A DNA stretch of 64,000 bases from a bacterium (GTDB lineage Bacteria > Electryoneota > Electryoneia > Electryoneales > Electryoneaceae): positions 1,056,001-1,120,000 of the forward strand of contig CAXXKJ010000002.1 of assembly GCA_963675295.2 (NCBI GenBank), in the 5' to 3' direction. Below are positions 49,961 through 58,891 of the stretch, in pieces; within the stretch, counting starts at the first letter, position 1; each line of letters begins with the position of its first letter. Below the pieces are notes generated by a model, which saw nothing but the letters and a program-made list of their open reading frames with translations, searched no databases and was not told the DNA's origin. The position numbers and the translations under genes were made by a program.

Positions 49961-50038
49961 TCGTGATGATCCCCGACTTGAGCTGGAAGTCGGGCTACTC
50001 AGACGAGAGACGAACGACCAGAGACGAGAGACGTTCCC

Positions 50039-50245
50039 ATGATCGATACCGAACTGTTATCCATTCTCGTATGTCCGTTGAGCCGGGCACCGTTGGTGCT
50101 GGAGGGTGACACGCTGGTCAGCACTGACGCCGAAACCCGCCGCCGCTACCGCATCGACGAAGGCATTCCAGTCATGCTGGTCGAGGAAAGCGAAGAACTT
50201 CCGGAAGCGGAGTGGCAGGCGATCATGAAGAAACACGGGAAGTAA
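50039..50245 (+). CDS. Trm112-like (YcaR/UPF0434) protein
   Basis: LL.ILVCP.....L...Y.I.EGIPVML.EE. Confidence 0.9.
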   Translation: MIDTELLSILVCPLSRAPLVLEGDTLVSTDAETRRRYRIDEGIPVMLVEESEELPEAEWQAIMKKHGK

Positions 50246-50401
50246 ACCTCAGTTCCACCATTTCGCAGGAAACTGGTTATTCAATTCCCCCGGCCGTGAT
50301 TCCTCCCCGAGTCGGGCAGGATCGCTGCATACACAACTCTCCGCATCTCCCCTCATCCAATCAGCAGGTCCAATCCATCAGGTTGAAACGGAGTTGTGCT
50401 C

Positions 50402-51868
50402 ATGCGTTCCGCGCTCATCGTATTGCCTGCTCTTGCTTTTCCCCTCCTGTTGTTCGCCCAGGCACCGCAGGTGAACTGGACACGTTCCCATGGTACTGAT
50501 GTCGCCGAAGCCGCCTATCACGCTGTCGAACTGGACAACGGGGATATCCTTGTCGCGGGCGCGGCAGTAAACACGCAAGGCAATGCGGACGGTTTGTTGA
50601 TGCGTCTGACGGCCGCCGGCGACACGATCTGGTCCCGGACCTACGGCAATGACGGCTTCCAGGAGTTTCTGGATCTGGATGTCAATATGGACGGCGACTT
50701 CCTGCTGGCGGGAAACTGGGAACCATTCCCCGGCACCCCGGATCAGGGGTGGGTGGTGAAGACCGACGCGGACGGGAACGTGTTGTGGGAGGTGACGCGC
50801 CCCTCTGGATCCAACACTGTTGGGAGGTTGTTGAAGCTGGCGGCGACCGATGACGGCGGCGCTGTGGCGACCGGTACCTGGGGCCATCACGACGGCGCGT
50901 GGGTGTTCCGCTTGGACGGCAACGGCAACCTGTTGTGGGAAGAGCAGTTCACGCATCCAGATTACCCATTTGCATTCAGCCACGATGTCTATCCCCATCC
51001 GGATGGGCGCATCACCGTGCTCGCGAAATTAAAGGATCAGACTCAATTGGGCGAGAACTGGCTGTTTGAGATTGACACCGATCGTACCGTGCTGTGGAGT
51101 CACGTTCATGGAGATCCGGCGCGTCACGACGACTCGCGCACTCTTTCGCACCACCCGGGCGGCTACCTGATCAGCGGGGCCAGCGACCAGACCTTCCACC
51201 TGTGGAAGACAGACCAATCTGGCGGATTGTTGTGGAGCGAGTACTATCCGTTCCCCGGCATCGCGAAAGGGTTTGTGCAGGACCATGTTCAAACGGACGA
51301 TACGATTTACCTCGCCGGGACGCGTTTCGGTACGGGCGATACGGACTTAGCAGCCGTAGCAACCGGGTTGGATGGAACGTTCCGGTGGAGTGCCTTCATC
51401 GGACGGCCGGATGGGATCGACAAAGCTTCTGCGGTGATTGCACGGGACAACGATCTGCTGATGGTCGGGCAGGAAGCGAACTATGGTGATGGCGGACCGG
51501 CAGATGTATGGCTGTTGTCGATGCGGGAAACGACGCAACCTGCCGCTGTTTCCGTGCTTGCCGATGCCAGTGCGCTGACCGTACCCGCGGGCGGTGATGT
51601 GCTGCTGGACGTGTTGCTGACGAACACTCTCGCCAGTCCCACACAGGGCGATGTCTGGGCCGTGCTGGTGGCGCAGAATGGTGACCGGACGCTCTTGCGG
51701 CGAGCGCGTCCAACGTTGCAGCCCGGTACTGGCAAACTGGTGCCGGGAGTCGGGCTCACCGTGCCTGCCGATGCAGCGGCTGGCGAATATGATCTGGAGC
51801 TTAACCTGGGACTCTTTCCCACGACCATCATTTCCCAACAACTGGAGACGGTTGTTGTGACAAACTGA
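50402..51868 (+). CDS. Secreted beta-propeller-like protein with C-terminal Ig module, no T9SS CTD
   Basis: GGAG RBS, signal peptide, W..KTD..G..LW blades; terminal VPAGG...DVWAVL...VPADAAAGEY module. Confidence 0.85.
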   Translation: MRSALIVLPALAFPLLLFAQAPQVNWTRSHGTDVAEAAYHAVELDNGDILVAGAAVNTQGNADGLLMRLTAAGDTIWSRTYGNDGFQEFLDLDVNMDGDFLLAGNWEPFPGTPDQGWVVKTDADGNVLWEVTRPSGSNTVGRLLKLAATDDGGAVATGTWGHHDGAWVFRLDGNGNLLWEEQFTHPDYPFAFSHDVYPHPDGRITVLAKLKDQTQLGENWLFEIDTDRTVLWSHVHGDPARHDDSRTLSHHPGGYLISGASDQTFHLWKTDQSGGLLWSEYYPFPGIAKGFVQDHVQTDDTIYLAGTRFGTGDTDLAAVATGLDGTFRWSAFIGRPDGIDKASAVIARDNDLLMVGQEANYGDGGPADVWLLSMRETTQPAAVSVLADASALTVPAGGDVLLDVLLTNTLASPTQGDVWAVLVAQNGDRTLLRRARPTLQPGTGKLVPGVGLTVPADAAAGEYDLELNLGLFPTTIISQQLETVVVTN

Positions 51869-52053
51869 TCGCAACCGTGGTCCGGAAGGCCCGGCACGGG
51901 TGACAGTCATTTTTTGCCATAATCCTGCCTGATAGTTGCCCCGAACGAGTGTTGTCAGTAGGTTGTTTCTGCATCCCTTAATTGGAAAGGCAGGAATCAG
52001 GGATGGGTTGTGTTCAAACTCGTCTGGTATTGACAACAAGGGGGTAATCAGCA

Positions 52054-54141
52054 ATGAAGACGACATGGATTCTGTTCGTGGTGTTGTTACCGGTGCTGGC
52101 GTTTTCGCAGGTCACGTGGGAAGCGCATGTGCTTGACGGGTCTTTCGGCGGGGCTCGGGGAGTGTTCGCCGCGGATCTCGATCAGGACGGTGACACTGAC
52201 ATTATCGCGGCGGGGGAGGATGCGGACCAGGTTGCGTGGTGGGAGAATCTGGGATCCAATACGTTTTCCGCGAAGCATGTGATCAATGATGAAGCTTATG
52301 GCGCACAGAGCGTGTTTGTGGCCGATCTGGATGATGACGGCGACCTCGATGTCCTCAGCGCGCTGGCAGTTGACAACGAGATTGTGTGGTACGAAAACGA
52401 CGGCACGCAGCAGTTCACGCTGCGGGTGATTGACACATTCTTCAATCACCCGATTGATGCCATTGCCGCCGATCTCGATAGTAACGGTCTGCTCGACGTA
52501 ATGGCGACGGGCGCGATTGCCGATGAAGTGCGTCTTTACAACCAGAGTTCGCCGGGTGTCTTCTCCTTTGTTGCGAATTCCTATGCGGGCCAGGAACCGC
52601 GCCAGATGGACACGGGCGACCTCGACGGCGACGGGGATCTGGATGTCGCGGTTACCGCAGCATTGAGCGATGATCTGTTCTGGTTCGAGAACCAGGGCAA
52701 CAATACATTCGGCGTGCACGGGGTGGATCTCACGCTGAACGGTGCCTACGCGGTCGATGCCGCAGACGTGGACGGTGACGACGACATCGATCTGGCTGCG
52801 GTGGGTGTGCTCGAGGATCGAGTGTATTGGTACGAGAATGATGGGACAGGCGTTTTCAGCTCGCACCTGGTCGACAACGATCTGGACGGTGCAGCCGATG
52901 TAATTGTTGGCGATATTGATAACGATTTTGACATGGATATCGTCGCGGTGTCCGTATTTGACGTGTACTGGTACGAACAGATCGACGGCGAGTTCACCAA
53001 GCACCTGGTCGATGCGACGTTTGACGGCGGTCGTGGGGTGTACCTGGCCGATGTCGATGGCGACAACGATCTGGACATTGTTGGCGGCGCAGAGCATGCC
53101 GACGATGTGATCTGGTGGGAGCAGGAAGGCACGCCGCCGGTTGCGTTTCAACTGTTTTCACCGAACGGTGGCGAACACTGGCTGCGGGGCGCGATGCGTG
53201 AGATCCTGTGGGGCAGCACAACACCGGATGTCCCGATCGACATCACCTTGTATGAGGGGATGACACAGGTTCTCGAGATCGCGACAGCGACCGAGAATGA
53301 TGGATCATTCCTCTGGTCCATCCCGGATGATCTGCCGTTGGGCGACGAATACCGGGTGGCCATCGAATTGACCATTGGCGGTGAATACGACGAGAGTGAC
53401 GCCGATTTTTCGGTAGAGTCTGCGCCTGTATTGACGGTGACCGTCTTCGATCCACCGGTCAACATTCAGCCGGGCGGCGGCGGATTCTGGTACTGGATTA
53501 CCGTCGAAAACCTCGCCTCGATTCCGCTTGCTGGCCAGATCTGGACGGAAGCGATCACGCCCGGCGGGAATCACTTCGGCCCGCTGCGTAACTTCCCGAA
53601 GACTATTGAAGCGAACGAAACCTGGGCTTCTGACTTCCCCTACGGCCAGTGGGTCCCGGCGAACGCTCCGGCGGGTGACTACGAGTACGTGGTTCACTTC
53701 GACGCCCCGGGCGAAGGATTCGAGACCAGCCAGGCGTTCGATTTCACCAAGCTAGTCAGTGGAAGTGTTTCCAGTGTTCCGTTGAGCTTGTGGAACATCG
53801 CGGACTGGCACGCACTTGACGGCAACCCTTCGGCAGATGAGGGCGTAGCGGCCGGAACCGGTCCCGAGCTGCCGCAGGAGTATACGCTCGCGCCGGTGTA
53901 TCCGAATCCGTTCAACGCGATGGCATCAGTCAGTGTCGCCCTGCCTGAGGCGGGCGAGTTGACGGTGGCGGTATTCAATGCCGCTGGGCAGCAGGTACTG
54001 ACGCTGCAAGAGGGCTACGTTCAGGCCGGGACACACAACTACAGCCTCGACATGGCACAGTTCGCAAGCGGTCTGTACTTCGTGCGGGCGACGGTTCCGG
54101 GGAAGTTGCACGAGGTTCGCAAGGCGATGCTTGTTCGGTAG
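52054..54141 (+). CDS. FG-GAP repeat protein with Kre9/KNH-like Ig domain, shared Ig module and T9SS CTD
   Basis: Seven D.D.DGD.D...W.EN repeats; SPNGGE.W..G....I.W...NDGSF.W; YPNPFN...RKAMLVR. Confidence 0.9.
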   Translation: MKTTWILFVVLLPVLAFSQVTWEAHVLDGSFGGARGVFAADLDQDGDTDIIAAGEDADQVAWWENLGSNTFSAKHVINDEAYGAQSVFVADLDDDGDLDVLSALAVDNEIVWYENDGTQQFTLRVIDTFFNHPIDAIAADLDSNGLLDVMATGAIADEVRLYNQSSPGVFSFVANSYAGQEPRQMDTGDLDGDGDLDVAVTAALSDDLFWFENQGNNTFGVHGVDLTLNGAYAVDAADVDGDDDIDLAAVGVLEDRVYWYENDGTGVFSSHLVDNDLDGAADVIVGDIDNDFDMDIVAVSVFDVYWYEQIDGEFTKHLVDATFDGGRGVYLADVDGDNDLDIVGGAEHADDVIWWEQEGTPPVAFQLFSPNGGEHWLRGAMREILWGSTTPDVPIDITLYEGMTQVLEIATATENDGSFLWSIPDDLPLGDEYRVAIELTIGGEYDESDADFSVESAPVLTVTVFDPPVNIQPGGGGFWYWITVENLASIPLAGQIWTEAITPGGNHFGPLRNFPKTIEANETWASDFPYGQWVPANAPAGDYEYVVHFDAPGEGFETSQAFDFTKLVSGSVSSVPLSLWNIADWHALDGNPSADEGVAAGTGPELPQEYTLAPVYPNPFNAMASVSVALPEAGELTVAVFNAAGQQVLTLQEGYVQAGTHNYSLDMAQFASGLYFVRATVPGKLHEVRKAMLVR

Positions 54142-54328
54142 CAAATTCAGAAATACGCGCACCAGTGTTCACAGCATTGTTCCAGACATGGGAGCAATGC
54201 TGTTTTTTTGTGCATTTCCGTTTCTGCTCTTGGGTCGTTTTTAACGATTTCAATGGATTAGTTTGCTTTGATGACAGGATCGCGAAAAACTGTAACTGTC
54301 AGCTATAACAAGAGTTTGAGAGACGGTG

Positions 54329-54356
54329 TTGAAATTATAATTGACATTTTTATAAT
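54329..54356 (+). promoter_or_regulatory. Putative sigma70 promoter with overlapping inverted repeat
   Basis: TTGAAA-N16-TATAAT; ATTATAA-N9-TTATAAT palindrome at 54334-54356. Confidence 0.5.
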
Positions 54357-54465
54357 CGCCGTATAAGTTGCATATGAATTGGTTCACCAGATCTGTATTG
54401 TTTCTGGGGCCTGCCAGCAGAAGGAGTGTCAATACAGACAAGTGCCAACGTACACCGGAGCAATC

Positions 54466-56571
54466 ATGTTCAAAAAAGCGAAGATGTTGACGGTGATCAT
54501 CGTCGGATCATCCATCCTGTTGTCCATCAACCTCCTCCAGGCATGGTTGGTCACTCGTGCGACAGCGGCCGGTGAGATGGCAAGTACCTCGGTTGTGTGG
54601 ACCATGACCGGGATAACACTGATGCTGATTCTCGGATTGCTGATGTACGTGGTGCATGTCGTGTTGAAGCCGATGGGATCGCTCAGCCGGTTTGCCCGTG
54701 CAGTGGCGAAAGGTGAAAATGTTACCTACTCCAGCGCGGTCTGCTGCAGTGAGTTCGACCAGGTGACGCAAAGCCTTTTGTTTATGGCAGAACGGTATCA
54801 GCGGAATGTGAAGACGGCTTGCCGGATGGCGCGTGGTGAACTGACGGCAGACGATTTGAAGCAAGTTTATGACAATGACCCCCTCGGAGCGGCCCATTCG
54901 GAGATCCGGGAGATGATTCACACGTTGGCGACGGAGCTCACGAATCTCGCAACCGCCGCCGTTCATGGGCATCTGGATCGCCGGGCTGAGGCCGGATCGT
55001 TGCAAGGCAAATACGCGGAGATTGTGAACGGCTGCAATCAGGTCATGGACACGTTGGTTGGGCACCTTGACTCCGTACCCGCGCCGGTGATGATTGTCGA
55101 TACCGAGTTCAACGTGCTGTACATCAACGAGGCGGGCGCGAAGGTGAACGCCGCTACGCCGAAGGAGATGCGGGGCAATAAGTGCCACGATTTCTTCAAC
55201 ACCGGCGATTGCCAGACCGAGAATTGTGCCTGCCGCCGGGCGATGATTGACAAGCGGGAATCGTCCAGCAGCACCCATGCCCACCCGAACGGGATGGATT
55301 TGTGGATTAATTACACCGGGACGCCGTTCCGGGATGCCAGCGGCAAGGTGATCGGCGCGCTCGAAGTGGTGTCGGATCAAACCGCTGTGGTGAAAGCGCA
55401 GAAAGTTGCGGAGAAGCGGTCGGCGTTCCAGACGGCTGAGGTTGAGAAGCTGTCGCATGCGTTGCAGCAGATGGCTCAGGGCGACCTGACGGCGACGTAC
55501 TCGGTGGCAGCCGCGGACGATGACACCGAGGAGATCCAGGGAGCGTTTGAGGAGGTCGGGGACGCGTTCGGTGAGGCGTTGGCCAGCCTGAACGAGCTGC
55601 TGAGCCAGGTCGCGATGGCGGTGGAGCAGGTGTCGAGCGGATCGCAGCAGGTCAGTAGCGCCAGCCAGTCGTTGTCGCAGGGTGCTACGGAGCAGGCGAG
55701 TTCGCTGGAAGAGGTGTCCTCCTCGATGGAGGAAATCGGCGCACAGACAACGCAGAACGCGGAGAACGCCGGCGAGGTGAGCAGCTTGTCGTCCGGGTTG
55801 GGTACGGCCGCTGCGACCGGTCAGGAGAAGATGACGAACATGCTCGAGGCGATGGCGAGTATCGGCGAAGCCTCAACGCAGGTTGAACGGATCATTAAGG
55901 TGATCGATGAGATCGCGTTCCAGACGAATTTGCTGGCGTTGAACGCAGCGGTCGAAGCGGCACGCGCGGGAGTGCATGGCAAGGGTTTCGCGGTGGTCGC
56001 GGAAGAGGTGCGCAACCTCGCCCAGCGCAGTGCAACCGCGGCAAAGGAAACCACCGAGCTGATCGGTGGATCCGGCCAGCGTACGGAGAACGGACGCCGG
56101 ATCGCGGAGGAAACCGCGGCGTCGTTGAACGAGATCGTGGAGAATATCGGCAAGGTGAACAGCCTCGTTGACGAGATCGCCAGCGCGTCTAGGGAGCAGG
56201 CGAACGGGGTCAACGAAGTCAACCAGGCGATCAAACAGATTGACGATGTCACCCAGACCACAGCGGCGAACGCTGAGGAGAGCGCGGCGGCGTCCGAGGA
56301 GCTGTCCGGGCAGGCGACGCAGTTGTCCGATCTGCTGCAACGGTTCACACTGGCCGACTCAGCCCTGCAGTCCCGTCGTGCCGCCCGGGCTGGGTCGGTT
56401 GGCAACGGTCACGGGAACGGCTGGTCGAGCGGAAACGGGTTCAAGCAGCGGAACGGAAATGGGAAGGCGTCTAACGGCAACGGACGCCACCCGGAATCCG
56501 CCGGTGAATCTCGCCTTCCCGAGGACATCATCCTGCTGGACGACGATGATTCGGGATTCGAAGGGTTCTAG
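54466..56571 (+). CDS. Methyl-accepting chemotaxis protein (2 TM, HAMP, PAS)
   Basis: [36 protein letters not shown]; PAS segment; GGAG RBS. Confidence 0.95.
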   Translation: MFKKAKMLTVIIVGSSILLSINLLQAWLVTRATAAGEMASTSVVWTMTGITLMLILGLLMYVVHVVLKPMGSLSRFARAVAKGENVTYSSAVCCSEFDQVTQSLLFMAERYQRNVKTACRMARGELTADDLKQVYDNDPLGAAHSEIREMIHTLATELTNLATAAVHGHLDRRAEAGSLQGKYAEIVNGCNQVMDTLVGHLDSVPAPVMIVDTEFNVLYINEAGAKVNAATPKEMRGNKCHDFFNTGDCQTENCACRRAMIDKRESSSSTHAHPNGMDLWINYTGTPFRDASGKVIGALEVVSDQTAVVKAQKVAEKRSAFQTAEVEKLSHALQQMAQGDLTATYSVAAADDDTEEIQGAFEEVGDAFGEALASLNELLSQVAMAVEQVSSGSQQVSSASQSLSQGATEQASSLEEVSSSMEEIGAQTTQNAENAGEVSSLSSGLGTAAATGQEKMTNMLEAMASIGEASTQVERIIKVIDEIAFQTNLLALNAAVEAARAGVHGKGFAVVAEEVRNLAQRSATAAKETTELIGGSGQRTENGRRIAEETAASLNEIVENIGKVNSLVDEIASASREQANGVNEVNQAIKQIDDVTQTTAANAEESAAASEELSGQATQLSDLLQRFTLADSALQSRRAARAGSVGNGHGNGWSSGNGFKQRNGNGKASNGNGRHPESAGESRLPEDIILLDDDDSGFEGF

Positions 56572-56650
56572 CGGAGAAGTACGGACAGCAGTTCTGATCC
56601 TGCATGCAACACGATGGTAGCCCCCATTCCCCCTTGATGGGGACCGCGCG

Positions 56651-56682
56651 AACCTGCCACGGACGTGAGTCCGTGGCAGGTT
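56651..56682. repeat. REP-like hairpin (TGCCACGGAC family)
   Basis: AACCTGCCACGGAC-GTGA-GTCCGTGGCAGGTT. Confidence 0.75.
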
Positions 56683-56804
56683 GTCTCTGGCTGGACCTTA
56701 GCTCGGGAATCGTCGCAACGTTAAAACGTTTTGCACTCACTGATTTGGTTGCCAGCGAACCGCTCGCTATTTTTAGCGATTATTCGAACCAAAGGGGATA
56801 GAAA

Positions 56805-57050
56805 ATGAAAATGACCCGCTGCCTGTTGCTCCTGCTCAGTACCCTCCTGACCGTGTCATCCGTTTTCGCGGAGGCGCCCTATTTCGAGTCCAACCGGATT
56901 GTGGATGATATCTGGGTGCTCAACCTGGTGCCGGCAGACATGGATGGCGATGGCGACGGTGAGCATAGCGTTGTCGGCGGGCTGTACTTCGTGCGGGCGA
57001 CGGTTCCGAGGAAGATGCACGAGGTTCGCAAGGCAATGCTTGTGCGCTAA
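56805..57050 (+). pseudogene. Internally deleted FG-GAP/T9SS gene (signal peptide, one D-loop, last 23 aa of a CTD)
   Basis: ADMDGDGD joined in frame to GLYFVRATVPRKMHEVRKAMLVR, nearly identical to the 52054 gene tail. Confidence 0.75.
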
Positions 57051-57145
57051 GCTGCATGGTGAGGATGCGGATGCCAGACTGTACTGCCAAACACAGGCAG
57101 CTACTTTGGAGAAGTGATGATCAATGTTCGGTATTGAACACTTGA

Positions 57146-57742
57146 TTACTTCTTTGAATACTTGGAAAGCAGATCGATTTCACCGGGTCTTTTTTCCTTG
57201 ATGCCTTGCTCGCCTTTTTTCCAGTTAGCGGGACAAATTTCACCGTGTTCATCGTGAAAACGCAATGCATCCAAGGTGCGCAATGCTTCATCTACACTGC
57301 GACCTAAAGGTTGATCGTTGACTAGTGCGTGGCGTATGATCCCCTCTCGATCAATCAGAAACAGTCCACGTAGGGCGACTTCCTCGTCGAAAAGGATTCC
57401 GTAAGATCGAGAGATCTCCCTGGACATGTCTGAAAGTAACGGGAACTGGATATTTCCGATTCCACCTTCATCAACAGGGGTTCGCCGCCATGCGGCATGT
57501 GTGTGTGGTGAATCAACTGAAATGCCAAGCACAATACAGTCTCTCTGCTTGAAATCATTCAGCTTTCTATCGAACGCAAGAATTTCGGTAGGGCATACGA
57601 ATGTGAAATCAAGTGGATAGAAGAGCAAGAAGACATAGTGTCCCCGGAGTGAATCCAAGTCGAGTTTCTCCTGAAACTTGCCATCTGGCAGTACAGCCTT
57701 CGCTGCAAATGAAGGAGCTTTTCTCGTAACCAGAAATGACAC
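57146..57742 (-). CDS. ahpC: 2-Cys peroxiredoxin (AhpC/TSA family)
   Basis: FYPLDFTFVCPTE, GRSVDE.LR, ICPANW; GTG start after GAGG. Confidence 0.93.
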   Translation of the reverse strand: MSFLVTRKAPSFAAKAVLPDGKFQEKLDLDSLRGHYVFLLFYPLDFTFVCPTEILAFDRKLNDFKQRDCIVLGISVDSPHTHAAWRRTPVDEGGIGNIQFPLLSDMSREISRSYGILFDEEVALRGLFLIDREGIIRHALVNDQPLGRSVDEALRTLDALRFHDEHGEICPANWKKGEQGIKEKRPGEIDLLSKYSKK

Positions 57743-57813
57743 GGATGTCACCTCACTCTTCTACCGCGGGACTGAACATGAAACAAGGTTTACCGATCAA
57801 TGAAGTCGTCCAT

Positions 57814-57993
57814 CTAGTCGTTCTGGGGATTCTGAGATTCATCCACGCAGATCTTTTTCAGATCGCTTTCACTGGGATTCTCAGTTCCCAGTCGCTTGAA
57901 TGCAGGCAAAGGACATAGATAACTCGTACCCGAATCAGCTTTTACCCACTTCACGCCGATTTCCCTCTTGAATTCCTGGAGTTCGTCAGCCAT
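57814..57993 (-). CDS. Small two-Cys hypothetical protein (59 aa)
   Basis: AAGGA RBS; overlaps the thioredoxin stop; lies between trx and prx. Confidence 0.7.
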   Translation of the reverse strand: MADELQEFKREIGVKWVKADSGTSYLCPLPAFKRLGTENPSESDLKKICVDESQNPQND

Positions 57994-58372
57994 TCTTTTT
58001 CCTTTCTTTCTGGGTTGCACGTTGCGATGATTCGAGATCTGTTCGAACCATCTCCATATCAATGGATTCCGCTTGATCTACAATACTTTGCAGGTCGTTT
58101 TCACTAAAATTACCAGGTTTGCGAAATAATAATAATCCGTCACGGTACAGCATGATACTAGGAGTATACTCAATTTCGAAGAACTCACCCAGTTTTTCAT
58201 CGGTAAGAACGTTCATACGAGTAAAAATATGCTTCTTGTTTCTATCTGCTACTTTTTTATACACAGGATCGAATTGAGCACAGACTCTACAGCCAGGTGA
58301 CCAGCACTCAATCAGGACAATGGCTTTCTGGTTAACTATTTTCTTAAAGTTTGTTCTGGTTAATTCAATCAT
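57986..58372 (-). CDS. Thioredoxin-family protein
   Basis: LT..NF, W..GCRVC..F.P.Y, cis-Pro (YTPS), G.LLF..PG; start may be 58402. Confidence 0.85.
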   Translation of the reverse strand: MIELTRTNFKKIVNQKAIVLIECWSPGCRVCAQFDPVYKKVADRNKKHIFTRMNVLTDEKLGEFFEIEYTPSIMLYRDGLLLFRKPGNFSENDLQSIVDQAESIDMEMVRTDLESSQRATQKERKKNG

Positions 58373-58891
58373 TCGAGTATCAACCCCGTTTGTTCTAAAC
58401 ATAACATCGTACTCTTTTTTCAACTAAAATACAATAAAAATACTTAAATAAGGCGTAGTGCCTTACAAAGGATCTTTTCAGCCCTCTTTACATCTCAAAG
58501 TAATATCAACAGTTACAAAGGACATTGGCTCGTCAGTCTTGAGGTGGAATTTCCAATGGTAACATGAACTGACTCAATATAGCAGAGACGGATTCGTAGA
58601 AAAAGAGGTCAATTTCAAGAATATACTCCACGTGAGATCCAAAACTCATTCGACTTATATTCAGGAGCAATAATGGCTTTTTTTGCACTTAAACTTAAGG
58701 ATATCAATAAATTACCTTGTAGTTTGGAATCGGCAATACAATAATGTCGACTACAGAATATAGTTACAATACTAAAACGGCATATTTCTACTTAATTATC
58801 TTTGCCAAAAATCAACAATTTCAATCCGATATAAACCATTGGTATTCATCTTCAACTTGATTTGTGAAGAGATGTTGGCATTATGTACAAA

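Noticed and set aside
54070-57050. Possible DGR template/variable repeat pair (four of seven mismatches are A in the 56979-57050 copy)
   Set aside because: No reverse transcriptase in the window, three non-A mismatches, no AAY-rich template, and the target is a sorting signal rather than a C-type lectin or Ig variable region.
57146-58423. Selenocysteine recoding in the redox cassette
   Set aside because: All catalytic positions are ordinary Cys codons; no in-frame TGA at motif sites.
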